Source of the DNA: a virus
IMG/VR virus record: IMGVR_UViG_3300014137_000003
DNA: 64,000 bases
Reading direction: 5' to 3' (one strand)
Shown: positions 29,570-39,080 of the stretch, one piece after another
How the letters are laid out: each line of letters starts with the position of its first letter
Position numbering within the stretch: position 1 is the first letter of the stretch
Notes under the pieces: generated by a model
What the model was told of the DNA's origin: nothing
Databases searched by the model: none
The model's input: the letters and a program-made list of their open reading frames with translations, nothing else
Position numbers and translations under genes: made by a program

Positions 29570-29588
29570 GGTAGAAGATGTTAGATTT
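29570..29588 (+). repeat. 19-nt direct repeat, right copy (includes the primase-core start codon)
   Basis: GGTAGAAGATGTTAGATTT, identical to 28440-28458. Confidence 0.8.
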
Positions 29589-30366
29589 GCAGGAGTTTGG
29601 GCTTTACGCTCAGGACTTTAAAAAGGTTTGGGGGTACTTCGAGACCTTAGATAGTGGTACCACTTACGAAGAGTTGTGTTCTCTAAGGTTGTATCAAGAC
29701 CCTAAAATGGTAGAAGTATTAAAGACAGTAGGGTTTATAAAGTTACCAGATACGGTAGATTTAGAGCCCTTGAAGGAATTACAGAGTTATTCGAATTTAG
29801 GGCTAGAAACCAAAACAGGCAGATGTTTGCTTGAAGGTAGGTTTGTTTTCCCAGTTAAGGATATGTTAGGTAATATCTTAGCTTTGATTGGTTGGTTTCC
29901 AGATGAAAAGAAATACATCACTACACCAAGTAAGTATTTCCACCGTTCGAGTTTATTCTTTGGGTTAGAGCAGTTATCTACTCACGGTAGGGAGAATATT
30001 GTATTCGTCTGCGAGGGAATCTTCGATGCCTTGTCTCTACGGTCTATGGGGTATCGAGCGTATGCCACTATGGGTGTTGAGTTATCTAGGCAGAAGAAGT
30101 TGATGTACTCCTTGCTCGGAGGTAGGGTAGTAGGGGTATCCGACCGAGATAGGGTCGGCAATTCTGTTAGGGATTATGATAGGTGGAGTTGTTGGAAGTA
30201 TCTAACTTGGGTTGGTGAGTTTGATATGTCTGAGGTAGATGAGGAAAACCTAAAAATCAAGGACATAGATGACTTAGTTAAGCTCTTTGACCCAGTAGCC
30301 TTGAAAGAAGTTATTGATGAAGAGTTAGCGACCAACCAAAATAAAATAGTTAAGTTAGAATTGTAG
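29578..30366 (+). CDS. DnaG-type primase catalytic core (RNA-polymerase + TOPRIM) without zinc finger
   Basis: RFVFPVKDMLGNILALIGW; VFVCEGIFDALSL (TOPRIM Glu); GVSDRDRVG (DxD). Confidence 0.65.
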   Translation: MLDLQEFGLYAQDFKKVWGYFETLDSGTTYEELCSLRLYQDPKMVEVLKTVGFIKLPDTVDLEPLKELQSYSNLGLETKTGRCLLEGRFVFPVKDMLGNILALIGWFPDEKKYITTPSKYFHRSSLFFGLEQLSTHGRENIVFVCEGIFDALSLRSMGYRAYATMGVELSRQKKLMYSLLGGRVVGVSDRDRVGNSVRDYDRWSCWKYLTWVGEFDMSEVDEENLKIKDIDDLVKLFDPVALKEVIDEELATNQNKIVKLEL

Positions 30367-30385
30367 GTTTAGGGGGGTAGTAGTT

Positions 30386-30607
30386 ATGCCAAAGGTTTTA
30401 GATACAGAGGATACAAAGAAAGTAATTAGGTGGCTAGATGATAATCCGTCTTATGTAAGTCGTTATCTAGACTCTTGCAAGCTCAGAGGGGTATTACCTA
30501 GTTGCTCTGATTTCTTTAGTGTAACTAGTCTAGATTGGCATAGAGTTTACAATCTTAGGTACTCTCTGATAACTGGGTATCTACGTGAGAAGTATAGAAA
30601 GGGGTAG
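30386..30607 (+). CDS. hypothetical protein
   Basis: ORF track. Confidence 0.5.
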   Translation: MPKVLDTEDTKKVIRWLDDNPSYVSRYLDSCKLRGVLPSCSDFFSVTSLDWHRVYNLRYSLITGYLREKYRKG

Positions 30608-30614
30608 TTAGTCT

Positions 30615-31001
30615 ATGTCGGAGGGTTCGAAGCATAAACTTGCTAAGGGAAACGCAGAAAATCTTATTGCTTATGTTTCTTCTTTGAAAGAAGAGTTAGG
30701 TGGTAAGCCTTTAAGTCAAGTTAGTTTGACTGTTAGTGAAAAAGATGGGTACATTGAATATGTAGCACGGTTTAGTAAGTCTATAGTTATAACATCTAAA
30801 ACTTATCCAAACTCAAAGGAGTTTAGTAATAAATCTTCGAATATGTTCCTAGATAATGTAATTACTTACGATGAGTACTATGTGGATTTGCTAAGAAAAT
30901 TGGTTATCTCTTCCTTGCATATTCTTGAGGAGGAAGTAGATGCGTTAACTATAAGTTATAATAATAAAACAAAAGAAATAAACTTGGAGGTTTTAAAATG
31001 A
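30615..31001 (+). CDS. hypothetical protein
   Basis: ORF track. Confidence 0.5.
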   Translation: MSEGSKHKLAKGNAENLIAYVSSLKEELGGKPLSQVSLTVSEKDGYIEYVARFSKSIVITSKTYPNSKEFSNKSSNMFLDNVITYDEYYVDLLRKLVISSLHILEEEVDALTISYNNKTKEINLEVLK

Positions 31002-31477
31002 GTCAAGTTAACTTAAATCAAGAAGGTCTTCGTTACCTGAAGAGTGCTTTAGGTAAGTTCTCACAATTTGTTATTGGAGCTAGTGATGATTTCTCTTTTG
31101 AAGAGGGTATTATCGCAGATACTCCTGACGGGGTAGTTATTCAATTCCTTGCAGGCGATATTGATGGTGGTGAGCAAACCTTACAAATTAGAAACTTGTC
31201 AGAGAACTCTATCTCCTATGTAAGTCCTAAACGTGGCAACAAGTACACTCGTGCTTGGCAGGAAGTTGGTTTGCGAGGCGACCAAAAAGCATTACTCCCA
31301 TTCTTCCAAGACGTTATTAAGGGTCTCATGCAGTTGGGTATTCTTGTTGACCGTCTTGAGTGGAATATGTCGGCAGCTTATACGGGTAAGTTGAATCTTG
31401 TAAAAACTAAGAAAATAAAGAATGGTAACTATGTTCTAATCCTAAGAGATAAAGATGCTTGGGGGGAGGGTGAGTAA
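30998..31477 (+). CDS. hypothetical protein
   Basis: ORF track; ATGA overlap with the previous gene. Confidence 0.55.
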   Translation: MSQVNLNQEGLRYLKSALGKFSQFVIGASDDFSFEEGIIADTPDGVVIQFLAGDIDGGEQTLQIRNLSENSISYVSPKRGNKYTRAWQEVGLRGDQKALLPFFQDVIKGLMQLGILVDRLEWNMSAAYTGKLNLVKTKKIKNGNYVLILRDKDAWGEGE

Positions 31478-32042
31478 CTTGTTTAATCCAAACAATTTAG
31501 TATTTTTGGAAGATAAATACTTGTCTATGGCAAGGTCTATCAATCCAAAGATACTCCTAGCAGTATTAGGGGTATTACTTCTATCTCGGTTTTTAAGGTC
31601 TTGGTCTTTATGGGTACTAGCTAGACGTTATTCTATCAAGGGTTCTTTCCTCTTATCTCAGTTACCGTTTGTTAGTGTCTTCTTGAACTATCGTTTAGGT
31701 AGAGAGCTTTGTGGTATGGGTGCAAAAACTAGGGTTTTATTTAAGGTCTTGTTACTTAGCTATATCATAGGTTTAACCTTAGTGCTAGTAGCTCCAAACT
31801 TTAACTTAATGGTTATTGGAGGGGTACTTACAGTAGTACCTTACCTCTTAAGCATTCAGTATTGGAGTACTGTTTCTGAGGGTGTTCTTGGTAGGGAGTC
31901 GCTTTGGTGGTACGTTCCTATTGTGGGCAGTTTGATGATTATTCATAGCGTAGGTAACTCTTATGAAAGGGACATTTATCAGAAGCCTAAGAATTTTGAT
32001 ACTTTCTTTAAGAAAGCAGAAGACTTAGAAATTTCACTCTAA
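31455..32042 (+). CDS. multi-pass membrane protein (start uncertain)
   Basis: Several hydrophobic helices; followed by a terminator. Confidence 0.5.
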   Translation: MLGGRVSNLFNPNNLVFLEDKYLSMARSINPKILLAVLGVLLLSRFLRSWSLWVLARRYSIKGSFLLSQLPFVSVFLNYRLGRELCGMGAKTRVLFKVLLLSYIIGLTLVLVAPNFNLMVIGGVLTVVPYLLSIQYWSTVSEGVLGRESLWWYVPIVGSLMIIHSVGNSYERDIYQKPKNFDTFFKKAEDLEISL

Positions 32043-32053
32043 GTGGTTTACTT

Positions 32054-32079
32054 GGTGCATACAGTTGTATGTACCTTTT
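32054..32079 (+). terminator. rho-independent terminator
   Basis: GGTGCATAC/GTATGTACC stem then TTTT. Confidence 0.6.
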
Positions 32080-32089
32080 GTTGTTGTTA

Positions 32090-32098
32090 TGGTATAAT
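32090..32098 (+). promoter_or_regulatory. TG-extended -10 promoter
   Basis: TGgTATAAT just after a terminator. Confidence 0.5.
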
Positions 32099-32124
32099 AT
32101 TTAAAAAGTATTAGGGGGTAGTCT

Positions 32125-32448
32125 ATGGAAAAGATTAGTGGACGTCTTGCAGACGATAATAATTATACTCTTTCATTAGAGGACGGTCGTTTGAAGATGT
32201 TAGTAGGTGTTGTTGAGTATGAGTTTAAGCTAGAAGATTTACTTGAATTCACTTGGGGTAACAATGCTTATGGTGAGTTTGCTATTCCTTTGAATATCCT
32301 AAGTTCAGCGGTTAGGGGCAGGACTCTTTATCCAGCTTGTTTGAAAATTAGGGGATGGCTCTCTGATAAGACTTTGGAAGAGCTATTAAAATTTAAATTT
32401 AAGAAAGAAAGACGTGGGGAAGATTATTTCCTCATTGGTAAATGGTGA
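32125..32448 (+). CDS. hypothetical protein
   Basis: ORF track; own promoter at 32090-32098. Confidence 0.55.
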   Translation: MEKISGRLADDNNYTLSLEDGRLKMLVGVVEYEFKLEDLLEFTWGNNAYGEFAIPLNILSSAVRGRTLYPACLKIRGWLSDKTLEELLKFKFKKERRGEDYFLIGKW

Positions 32449-32993
32449 TTTTTATGTATTTTAAAGTAACGAGTCATAGTGCGTTGAAGCGTTTGTATGA
32501 TTATCTTGATGAGCGTTTCATTCCTAATATTGCTAGAGATAGTCTTTTATTGAACTTGTCTATGTCGGGAGATGCTATTACTTTCCCTTTGGTACTTAGC
32601 CTTGGTGGTCTAAGCTTTAAGGTAGTAGAAGAGGGAAGCGTAGAAGAAGGCAGTCCTATCGTTGAGGTGCGTACCAAGGAAGTGTTTATCTCTTCGAATG
32701 GGGTAACTCGCAAATTGCGTGACGGATTGGACATCTATCCTAAGTTTAAGCGTGCTGATTGGTACTCTGGAAAGGTTGCTTTCAAAATTGAAGACTTCGA
32801 CACCTTGGAACAGTTTGTAGGCATCTTTGAACCAGGAGAAGTAAAAGATTTCCCAGAAACTTATAGCGGTAAAACTATTTACCTAACAGTTAAGGAGTCA
32901 AATATCTCTTTTCATAAAGAGTTACCTCAAGGTATGCCATGTGTTACCTATCACTCAGGTTATACTTTCCCTAGTGCTTTAGAGGTGATGTAG
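32442..32993 (+). CDS. hypothetical protein (ATG 32454 alternative)
   Basis: ORF track. Confidence 0.5.
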   Translation: MVIFMYFKVTSHSALKRLYDYLDERFIPNIARDSLLLNLSMSGDAITFPLVLSLGGLSFKVVEEGSVEEGSPIVEVRTKEVFISSNGVTRKLRDGLDIYPKFKRADWYSGKVAFKIEDFDTLEQFVGIFEPGEVKDFPETYSGKTIYLTVKESNISFHKELPQGMPCVTYHSGYTFPSALEVM

Positions 32994-32994
32994 T

Positions 32995-33921
32995 ATGGCT
33001 ACAAAGTTTGTAATTGATAAGGAATTATTTGACTTCTTAGAGTCAACTTATCACGAATGTGACCTCGGAATGGGTAATAATGGCATCGTCCATTTGTATA
33101 AAGTTCCAGGTGCTTCAATTACTATCTACAGGACTGGTACTCTTCTTATCCAAGGTAAGAAAGAAGAGAAGTATGCTCAACTTATTGGTGGGATGCTAAG
33201 TTCTAAGGCTATCCAGCCTAAATCGTCCAAGAAAGGGAAGGGTTCAAAGTCTTCGAAGGATAACCCTTTTAGTAATCAAGCTTTCATTATGGGTTCTGAC
33301 GAGGTTGGTAACAGCTCTTATACAGGGGGTATGACTGCAGCAGCGGTTTATGTTCCTAAGAAAGCCGTATCTCGTCTGCATGCTTTAGGGGTAGCGGACT
33401 CTAAGACCATCAGTGACGGTAGAGTGCTAAAACTTGCCGAAGAGGTTAAAAAGATTTGCCCTTATTTTGTTATGAGTTTATCTCCAAGGCAGTATAATAG
33501 GGCTATCGACAAGGGTTATAACCAAGTATCACTTAAAGTTTTTATGCATAATTACTGTGCATCTAAATTGCAAGAAGCTAATCCAGAACTTAAGTATCAA
33601 AATTATATTGTTGATGGGTTTACTCTTCAACCGTCATGGGATAAGTATGTTGCTAAGGAAAAGGAAAAATGTAGTGTTAAGGCTAGGTTGATTCCTCATG
33701 CTGAAGGTAAGTATTTGGCAGTAGCAGCAGCGTCTATCTTGGCTAGGGCAGCTTTTCTAGCTCAGATACAGTCTTTATCTACAGAGTCCGGTATTAACCT
33801 ACATCAGGGTGTTACTTCTCATGTTAGGGACGATGTACTAGCCATTAAATCACGTGGTTTTGATTTAAATGATTTTGTGAAACTACACTTTAAAAATACG
33901 AAAATGTGGGGGCTAAAATAA
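32995..33921 (+). CDS. rnhC: ribonuclease HIII
   Basis: GSDEVGNSSYTGGMTAAAVYV, ADSKTISD, IVDGF, HAEGKYLAVAAASILAR preceded by an ~90-aa N-terminal domain, as in RNase HIII. Confidence 0.75.
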   Translation: MATKFVIDKELFDFLESTYHECDLGMGNNGIVHLYKVPGASITIYRTGTLLIQGKKEEKYAQLIGGMLSSKAIQPKSSKKGKGSKSSKDNPFSNQAFIMGSDEVGNSSYTGGMTAAAVYVPKKAVSRLHALGVADSKTISDGRVLKLAEEVKKICPYFVMSLSPRQYNRAIDKGYNQVSLKVFMHNYCASKLQEANPELKYQNYIVDGFTLQPSWDKYVAKEKEKCSVKARLIPHAEGKYLAVAAASILARAAFLAQIQSLSTESGINLHQGVTSHVRDDVLAIKSRGFDLNDFVKLHFKNTKMWGLK

Positions 33922-33924
33922 TTT

Positions 33925-34758
33925 ATGGATAACAGTTTGCAAGTTTTTATGGAGTTAGATACTCTAGTAGCTGAGGGGTATGCAGATGAACTAACTCCAG
34001 TAGAAGAGCACGGTGGTCACTTAGTCAAACGTGATGACTTGTACTCTGCTTTCGGAGCAATGGGGGGTAAAGCTCGTTCTTGTCAGTATTTGTGTGAGCA
34101 GGCTTTAAAAAGTGGTTTGAATGGGTTAGTAACTGCAGGTTCTAAGAAAAGCCCTCAAATTCAAATTGTTTCCTTTATCGCTAAGCATTATGGAGTTCCT
34201 TTCCATGCACATTGCCCTCAAGGTGAATTGGGTCAGGAGTTGGAGGTAGCTAAGGCTAATGGAGCTGAAATCTTTCAACACCGTGCAGGTTATAATAATG
34301 TAATTATTAGACGTGCTAAGGATGATGCAGAGGCTATGGGCTATGCGGAAATTCCTTTTGGTATGGAGTGTTGGGAGGCAGTATATCAGACAGCCTTGCA
34401 GGTTAAGTCTTTGGTAGAACCTTACAAGGAAGGTAAGTTCTCTCGTATTATCATGCCTATTGGCTCAGGTATGAGTTTGAGTGGTGTTCTTTGGGGCTTG
34501 CTCCATTGGGGTATCGATGTTCCCGTTGTAGGTGTTCAGGTTGGTGGTAAGTATGAGAAACGCTTACAAACCTATGCACCTGAAGATATGAACCTAACTA
34601 CTGTTAAATCTTCCTATGATTACCATAAATACTATGAAAACAACCAAATTGGTGACTTGAAGTTAGACCCTATCTATGAGGCTAAGTGTTTAGACTTTAT
34701 CGAAGAGGGTGATTTGCTATGGGTAGTAGGTGTTCGTGATGGGATTATTGAATCTTAG
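33925..34758 (+). CDS. PLP-dependent enzyme, ACC deaminase/D-cysteine desulfhydrase (Trp-synthase-beta-like) family
   Basis: VKRDDL..GGKARSCQYL (candidate PLP Lys); PIGSGMSLSGV phosphate-binding loop. Confidence 0.55.
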   Translation: MDNSLQVFMELDTLVAEGYADELTPVEEHGGHLVKRDDLYSAFGAMGGKARSCQYLCEQALKSGLNGLVTAGSKKSPQIQIVSFIAKHYGVPFHAHCPQGELGQELEVAKANGAEIFQHRAGYNNVIIRRAKDDAEAMGYAEIPFGMECWEAVYQTALQVKSLVEPYKEGKFSRIIMPIGSGMSLSGVLWGLLHWGIDVPVVGVQVGGKYEKRLQTYAPEDMNLTTVKSSYDYHKYYENNQIGDLKLDPIYEAKCLDFIEEGDLLWVVGVRDGIIES

Positions 34759-34779
34759 ATTATTGAAAGGTTACAAGTT

Positions 34780-35145
34780 ATGATTAAACGAAGCTTAGGT
34801 TTCTATGTTGCTTGTTTTATTGGGTTTCTCTTAGTGACTTCAGTGGTAGGAGGGGTACTTCAGCTAAGTGGTTATCTTAGTAAGGCGGAGTCCAATTACA
34901 CTAAGGAGTCTCGGTCTAGAATTATTAAGGAGTTCGCTAATGAGAATGCAGTTTACACCGTAACTAAACTTAACATGGAAGAACATGGTGGTATCTTAGA
35001 TAAGTACCACGAATACTTTGTAACTGTAGAAGACGGCTCAGGTAAAGCAAAAACTATTACGGTTGAAGCTGGCTTGTATTACTCCTTAAATGTTGGAGAT
35101 AAGGTAGATTATAAAGGAAATATTTTAAGTTCAAGCAAGGAGTAA
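34780..35145 (+). CDS. membrane-anchored protein
   Basis: N-terminal TM FYVACFIGFLLVTSVVGGVL. Confidence 0.5.
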   Translation: MIKRSLGFYVACFIGFLLVTSVVGGVLQLSGYLSKAESNYTKESRSRIIKEFANENAVYTVTKLNMEEHGGILDKYHEYFVTVEDGSGKAKTITVEAGLYYSLNVGDKVDYKGNILSSSKE

Positions 35146-35152
35146 ATAAAAA

Positions 35153-35674
35153 ATGAAAAATTGGGATAAAACGCTTTTAGTTTTTAGTACATTTGTTTTA
35201 TTACATCTTGCAGTAATGCCATTTGTAGGTTACCTAACGGGTAGTGGAGAAATATCACTCTTTCTAGGTGTGGTGTTGGCTATTGTTTTTATATTCTCAG
35301 CCAAGCATATCTTGGATAGGGGGTATCTAAATAACCGCAAAGTAAAGGATGTTTTTATTGTAGTAGCTCTACTTTGCGTTGGAACTCTTGTATTCTACGC
35401 TAAGACTACTAAGACAGAAGTTACAACTACTTCTAAAACTAAGGTTGTCGATGCTAAAGTTACTACAGAGTATAGTTATATGTCCTTCTATAGAATGACT
35501 CTTTTATCTGATGGCGATGTTATCTCTCTAGAACATGTTAAGAATGGTGGAGATTTCTATTTGGGCGATAAAGTTCGTGGCATTAAGAACGTTACGAAGA
35601 CAACTCATACAACGAATGTCTTTGGGGTAAAAACTTCTCACGTTAGTAAGTATATTGAGTTAAAAGGTAAGTAA
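35153..35674 (+). CDS. membrane protein (about 3 TM)
   Basis: Hydrophobic N-terminal half. Confidence 0.5.
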   Translation: MKNWDKTLLVFSTFVLLHLAVMPFVGYLTGSGEISLFLGVVLAIVFIFSAKHILDRGYLNNRKVKDVFIVVALLCVGTLVFYAKTTKTEVTTTSKTKVVDAKVTTEYSYMSFYRMTLLSDGDVISLEHVKNGGDFYLGDKVRGIKNVTKTTHTTNVFGVKTSHVSKYIELKGK

Positions 35675-35675
35675 A

Positions 35676-35876
35676 ATGAAACTATCAAAAGCAGATGGAA
35701 AATATCTTTCAGAAGAAGGTTTCCTATCTTTGATTATAGGTGTTATCTTCTGTGTATCAGCTATTTTTAGTAGGTTTATGCTAGGAAGTAATACTTTGAC
35801 GACTTTATCCCTTATAGGAGTGGGGTATTTCTTTGGGAGTGGTATAACTTACCTAAAGATAGCTACTCGTAAATAG
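35676..35876 (+). CDS. small membrane protein (2 TM)
   Basis: 66 aa, two hydrophobic segments. Confidence 0.5.
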   Translation: MKLSKADGKYLSEEGFLSLIIGVIFCVSAIFSRFMLGSNTLTTLSLIGVGYFFGSGITYLKIATRK

Positions 35877-35910
35877 CTATCTTTTGGAGTCTTAGAAATT
35901 TTCGTTATTT

Positions 35911-36037
35911 TTATTGACAGTTAATTTTAGTATTAAATGCAATAGCTTAATTAGCTTTAATTTTTATAGGAATTCCTTAGATTTTTATCTAAGGTTTTAC
36001 TGGATTTATGGTACTTGGATCGTTGGTCTAGTACCTG
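35911..36037 (+). repeat. conserved intergenic element, copy B (upstream of gtfA)
   Basis: GTTAATTTTAGTA .. TTAGCT .. GATTTT .. hairpin GGTAC-TTGGATCGTTGGTCTA-GTACC with the identical 16-mer at 36012-36027. Confidence 0.55.
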
Positions 36038-36054
36038 TGCATAGGGGTGATTTA

Positions 36055-37554
36055 ATGGTAGTAGTAAATGTCAACCTTGGTATTGGGTATGCCTCAAGTG
36101 GGGTAGAGTACGCTCAAGCCTATCGTAGTAGGTTGTTAAAAAGTATGGGTAGAAAGCAAAAGAATGTTTTCTTAGATTTCATGCCCGATGATACGGTATA
36201 TGATATGGCTAGTAATTTGGGGATTCCGTCTGATTCGGTAGTATGGTTGTATGATTACTTTAGGGATTCCTTGGTTTCTAGCTCTGCTAAGAAATTGACA
36301 GACTTTGAAAAGGAGTGGGGTACTATTGATGAGTCTCGTTCTTCTGTATTCAGAAAGTATTTTGGAGATGAGAATGACTTTATCGTTGCTAATTTAAGTC
36401 GTTTTAACCCATCTTTTGTTACGTCTGTTGAGTATGTAAATGCTGGTTGTTTAGTCTTAAAAGAGTATTACTCTGAAAGCACTATTTATTGTAGGGAGCG
36501 TTTTACCCCTATTGATGGGGTAGCTACTCGGTATGTTAGGGAGTTCTATAATACAGATGGCACTCTTTACTTACAAGAGTTTATTGATGACACAAAAAAC
36601 TCAAGATTTCTCTATAAAGGAGAACTTTATCCAACAAAAGAAGCCTTATTTAAGTTAATGATGTCTAAAGTATTAACTAATAAGGATTTTGTACTACTTG
36701 ACCGTGCTAGTGGTACGGCTAAGGCTTTACTCTCTTTGAAGGATACTCTCAAATTTAAGTTGGGGGTAGTAGTTCATGCAGAGCATTTTGTTCCCGAAGG
36801 TACTAAGGATGGCAATATCCTATGGAACAACTTTTATGATTATGTTTTCCGTAATTCTGACAAGGTTAATGTCTTTATCTGTTCTACAGAGTTGCAGTCT
36901 GATATCTTGAAGAAGCAAATAAAACACTGCTATAATAAAGATATCGCAACTTATACTATTCCAGTGGGGTATCTTGAAGAGTTAAAAGGTAAAGATTTGG
37001 AAAGAGATTTAGCTAAGTTAGTCACTGTATCTCGTCTATCTAGTGAGAAGAACCTAGATATTCTTATTGAATCTCTTGCAACAGTAAAGGGTAAAGGTTA
37101 TGAATTTATTTTAGATATCTATGGTGAGGGTTCTGAGCGAATTAAGTTGGAGTCTCTAATTAAATCTAAAGGGTTAGAAGACTGTATCTTCTTAAAAGGT
37201 CACGTAGATGTATCAGATATCTATAAAGACTACTCATGTTATGTAAGTGCTTCTCAAGGGGAAGGTTTTGGTTTATCTTTAATGGAAGCAGTTGGCTCAG
37301 GTCTATTCCTAGTGGGGTATGATGTTAATTATGGAAACCCTACGTTCTGTAAGCAAAATGAGACAGGTTATCTAGTACCTTATGTAGAAGGTAAGCGAGA
37401 AGAAAATGTACTGTCACTTGCTGATGGTGTTGAGAAATATCTAGGCACTTATTTAACATTGCATAGGGGTAGTGTATATAACCTAGCTGAGGGGTATCTT
37501 AAAGATAAGGTAAAAGAATGTTGGAGGTCTTTGTTAAATGATAAGTCTATTTAG
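36055..37554 (+). CDS. gtfA: GtfA/TarM-family GT4 glycosyltransferase
   Basis: N-terminus VNVNLGIGYASSGVEYAQAYR matches the conserved start of GtfA-type enzymes; EGFGLSLMEAVGSGL GT4 region; ATG 36055 (ORF-track start 35914 lies in an intergenic element). Confidence 0.65.
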   Translation: MVVVNVNLGIGYASSGVEYAQAYRSRLLKSMGRKQKNVFLDFMPDDTVYDMASNLGIPSDSVVWLYDYFRDSLVSSSAKKLTDFEKEWGTIDESRSSVFRKYFGDENDFIVANLSRFNPSFVTSVEYVNAGCLVLKEYYSESTIYCRERFTPIDGVATRYVREFYNTDGTLYLQEFIDDTKNSRFLYKGELYPTKEALFKLMMSKVLTNKDFVLLDRASGTAKALLSLKDTLKFKLGVVVHAEHFVPEGTKDGNILWNNFYDYVFRNSDKVNVFICSTELQSDILKKQIKHCYNKDIATYTIPVGYLEELKGKDLERDLAKLVTVSRLSSEKNLDILIESLATVKGKGYEFILDIYGEGSERIKLESLIKSKGLEDCIFLKGHVDVSDIYKDYSCYVSASQGEGFGLSLMEAVGSGLFLVGYDVNYGNPTFCKQNETGYLVPYVEGKREENVLSLADGVEKYLGTYLTLHRGSVYNLAEGYLKDKVKECWRSLLNDKSI

Positions 37555-38800
37555 TTATTATGATTCAGATGCTTGGGACTTGCATTACTCCTTGGAGGTT
37601 GATGGAGTTCATAATAGGACTTTGTCTTTGGATTTTAATGGTTTTCTGCCGAGTGATGTGGAGTCTCCTTGGGAGTCTTACCTTTACACTAGGGAGTTAC
37701 CTTTTAAACCTTTGCATGTGAATGATTTACCTCTACCACTGGGTGTAGAGTTGGAGTCTGAGGATGGTATCTTTTATCTCTATGGGGAGACTGGTATTGT
37801 TGGAAGGGTTTCTTTCTATGGGGAGTTGGTAGACCGTATTGTCAAGAGTGTCGATTATTTTGACACTAAAGGGCAACTTCTAGTTACCGAAAACTATTGT
37901 AACCGTGGATTTGTTTTCCGTAGGGACTACTATATTAGTGGTTCTTGGGTATCTAGTGTTTATTTTGATGACGAAGGTAAAGAGGTTATCTCTCACAACC
38001 TTTATACAGGGTATTTAATGGTAGGCTCTAAGTCTTACAGTAGCTTAAGCGAATTCTACTTGGGGTACTTGAAGGAACTTAACGAGCCTATCTTATTCAC
38101 AGAAGAAATGCTTGGCTTGGGTATTGTGGAAGGTTTGGGGTATAATCCTGAGAATGTTTTAGTGGTAACTGGTAGATACGATGACAATTTACCAGAAAAT
38201 ATTGTAGAGTTCGCTAAGACTGGTAAGGTTGTGTTTACTAACCGTTTCCAATATGATTCTACTAAAGAGGAGTACTCTAACTCAGGTTTTGCAGGTCTTA
38301 AGTTTAGAAAGGTTTCTGAGCTAGGTAGTCCTAATGATGTGGTAATTACTACTGACACAGACAATTTAGTTGGTATAGAAGAGTTAGTTCATGAATGTAA
38401 GAACACTCACTTCCATATTTTAGCAAGTACCTTGGTATCTAAGAAGTTAGAAAATCTAGGTAATCTGCCTAATGTCTCTGTATATCCATCTGCTAGTGAG
38501 GAGGATGTTACTTCATGCTTTGCTACAGCAGGTATTTTCCTAGATATCTCTACTGGTTCTACTGTATTCAATGCAAATAAGAGGGCTGTTGAGAACTCGA
38601 TGTTGCGGATTGGAGTATTGGGGGTATCTAGTGGCAAGCATATCACCAACGAGCTTTTGCACTCTAAAGACATGAAAGGGATTAGTAATATCCTTAATCT
38701 TGTGGCTGATGATAAGTCGGAACTAGCTGAATTGTATAAAAATCAAGAAACCTTGTTGGGGTATAACTCTTCAGAGTCTTTTAGTAGTTTTATTAAGTAG
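37538..38800 (+). CDS. GtfB-like partner of GtfA (glycosylation chaperone/co-subunit)
   Basis: Overlaps the gtfA stop; ~420 aa; N-terminus MISLFSYYDSDAWDLHYSL resembles GtfB starts as I recall them; no GT4 E-x7-E motif. Confidence 0.4.
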   Translation: MISLFSYYDSDAWDLHYSLEVDGVHNRTLSLDFNGFLPSDVESPWESYLYTRELPFKPLHVNDLPLPLGVELESEDGIFYLYGETGIVGRVSFYGELVDRIVKSVDYFDTKGQLLVTENYCNRGFVFRRDYYISGSWVSSVYFDDEGKEVISHNLYTGYLMVGSKSYSSLSEFYLGYLKELNEPILFTEEMLGLGIVEGLGYNPENVLVVTGRYDDNLPENIVEFAKTGKVVFTNRFQYDSTKEEYSNSGFAGLKFRKVSELGSPNDVVITTDTDNLVGIEELVHECKNTHFHILASTLVSKKLENLGNLPNVSVYPSASEEDVTSCFATAGIFLDISTGSTVFNANKRAVENSMLRIGVLGVSSGKHITNELLHSKDMKGISNILNLVADDKSELAELYKNQETLLGYNSSESFSSFIK

Positions 38801-38867
38801 CTTTGCGTTCAGGGGGTGTTTATGGTAAACTATGTTATATAGATATAGTTTAGTGGAGGTTTTATAT

Positions 38868-39080
38868 ATGGATTTGAATGCAAGTGGAGAAAGTAACGGT
38901 AGCTTGGAAGGACGCAAACAGTTCTTAGCAGAACTTACAAAAATGTCTAGCAAGGTTTCTACTATGGATAAAGCAGTGCTACTATCTTTCGATCCAAAAG
39001 GTAAAGTAGATATCTCATCCTTTGGTTTTCATCCTTTGGAGTTGGCAGCAACTCTTGATGGTATCTCTAAAACAATCTGA
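38868..39080 (+). CDS. hypothetical protein (70 aa); frame stays open past its TGA to 39203
   Basis: ATG 38868 after GTGGAGG; see finding on the in-frame TGA. Confidence 0.45.
   Translation: MDLNASGESNGSLEGRKQFLAELTKMSSKVSTMDKAVLLSFDPKGKVDISSFGFHPLELAATLDGISKTI

Noticed and set aside
35914-36054. N-terminal extensions given by the ORF track (35914, 41747, 47709, 12015, 61684, 44861, 49295, 9455)
   Set aside because: The extensions run through promoters, a tRNA 3' end or conserved intergenic elements. Internal ATG/GTG codons with proper RBS spacing give N-termini that match family conservation, e.g. the GtfA start.
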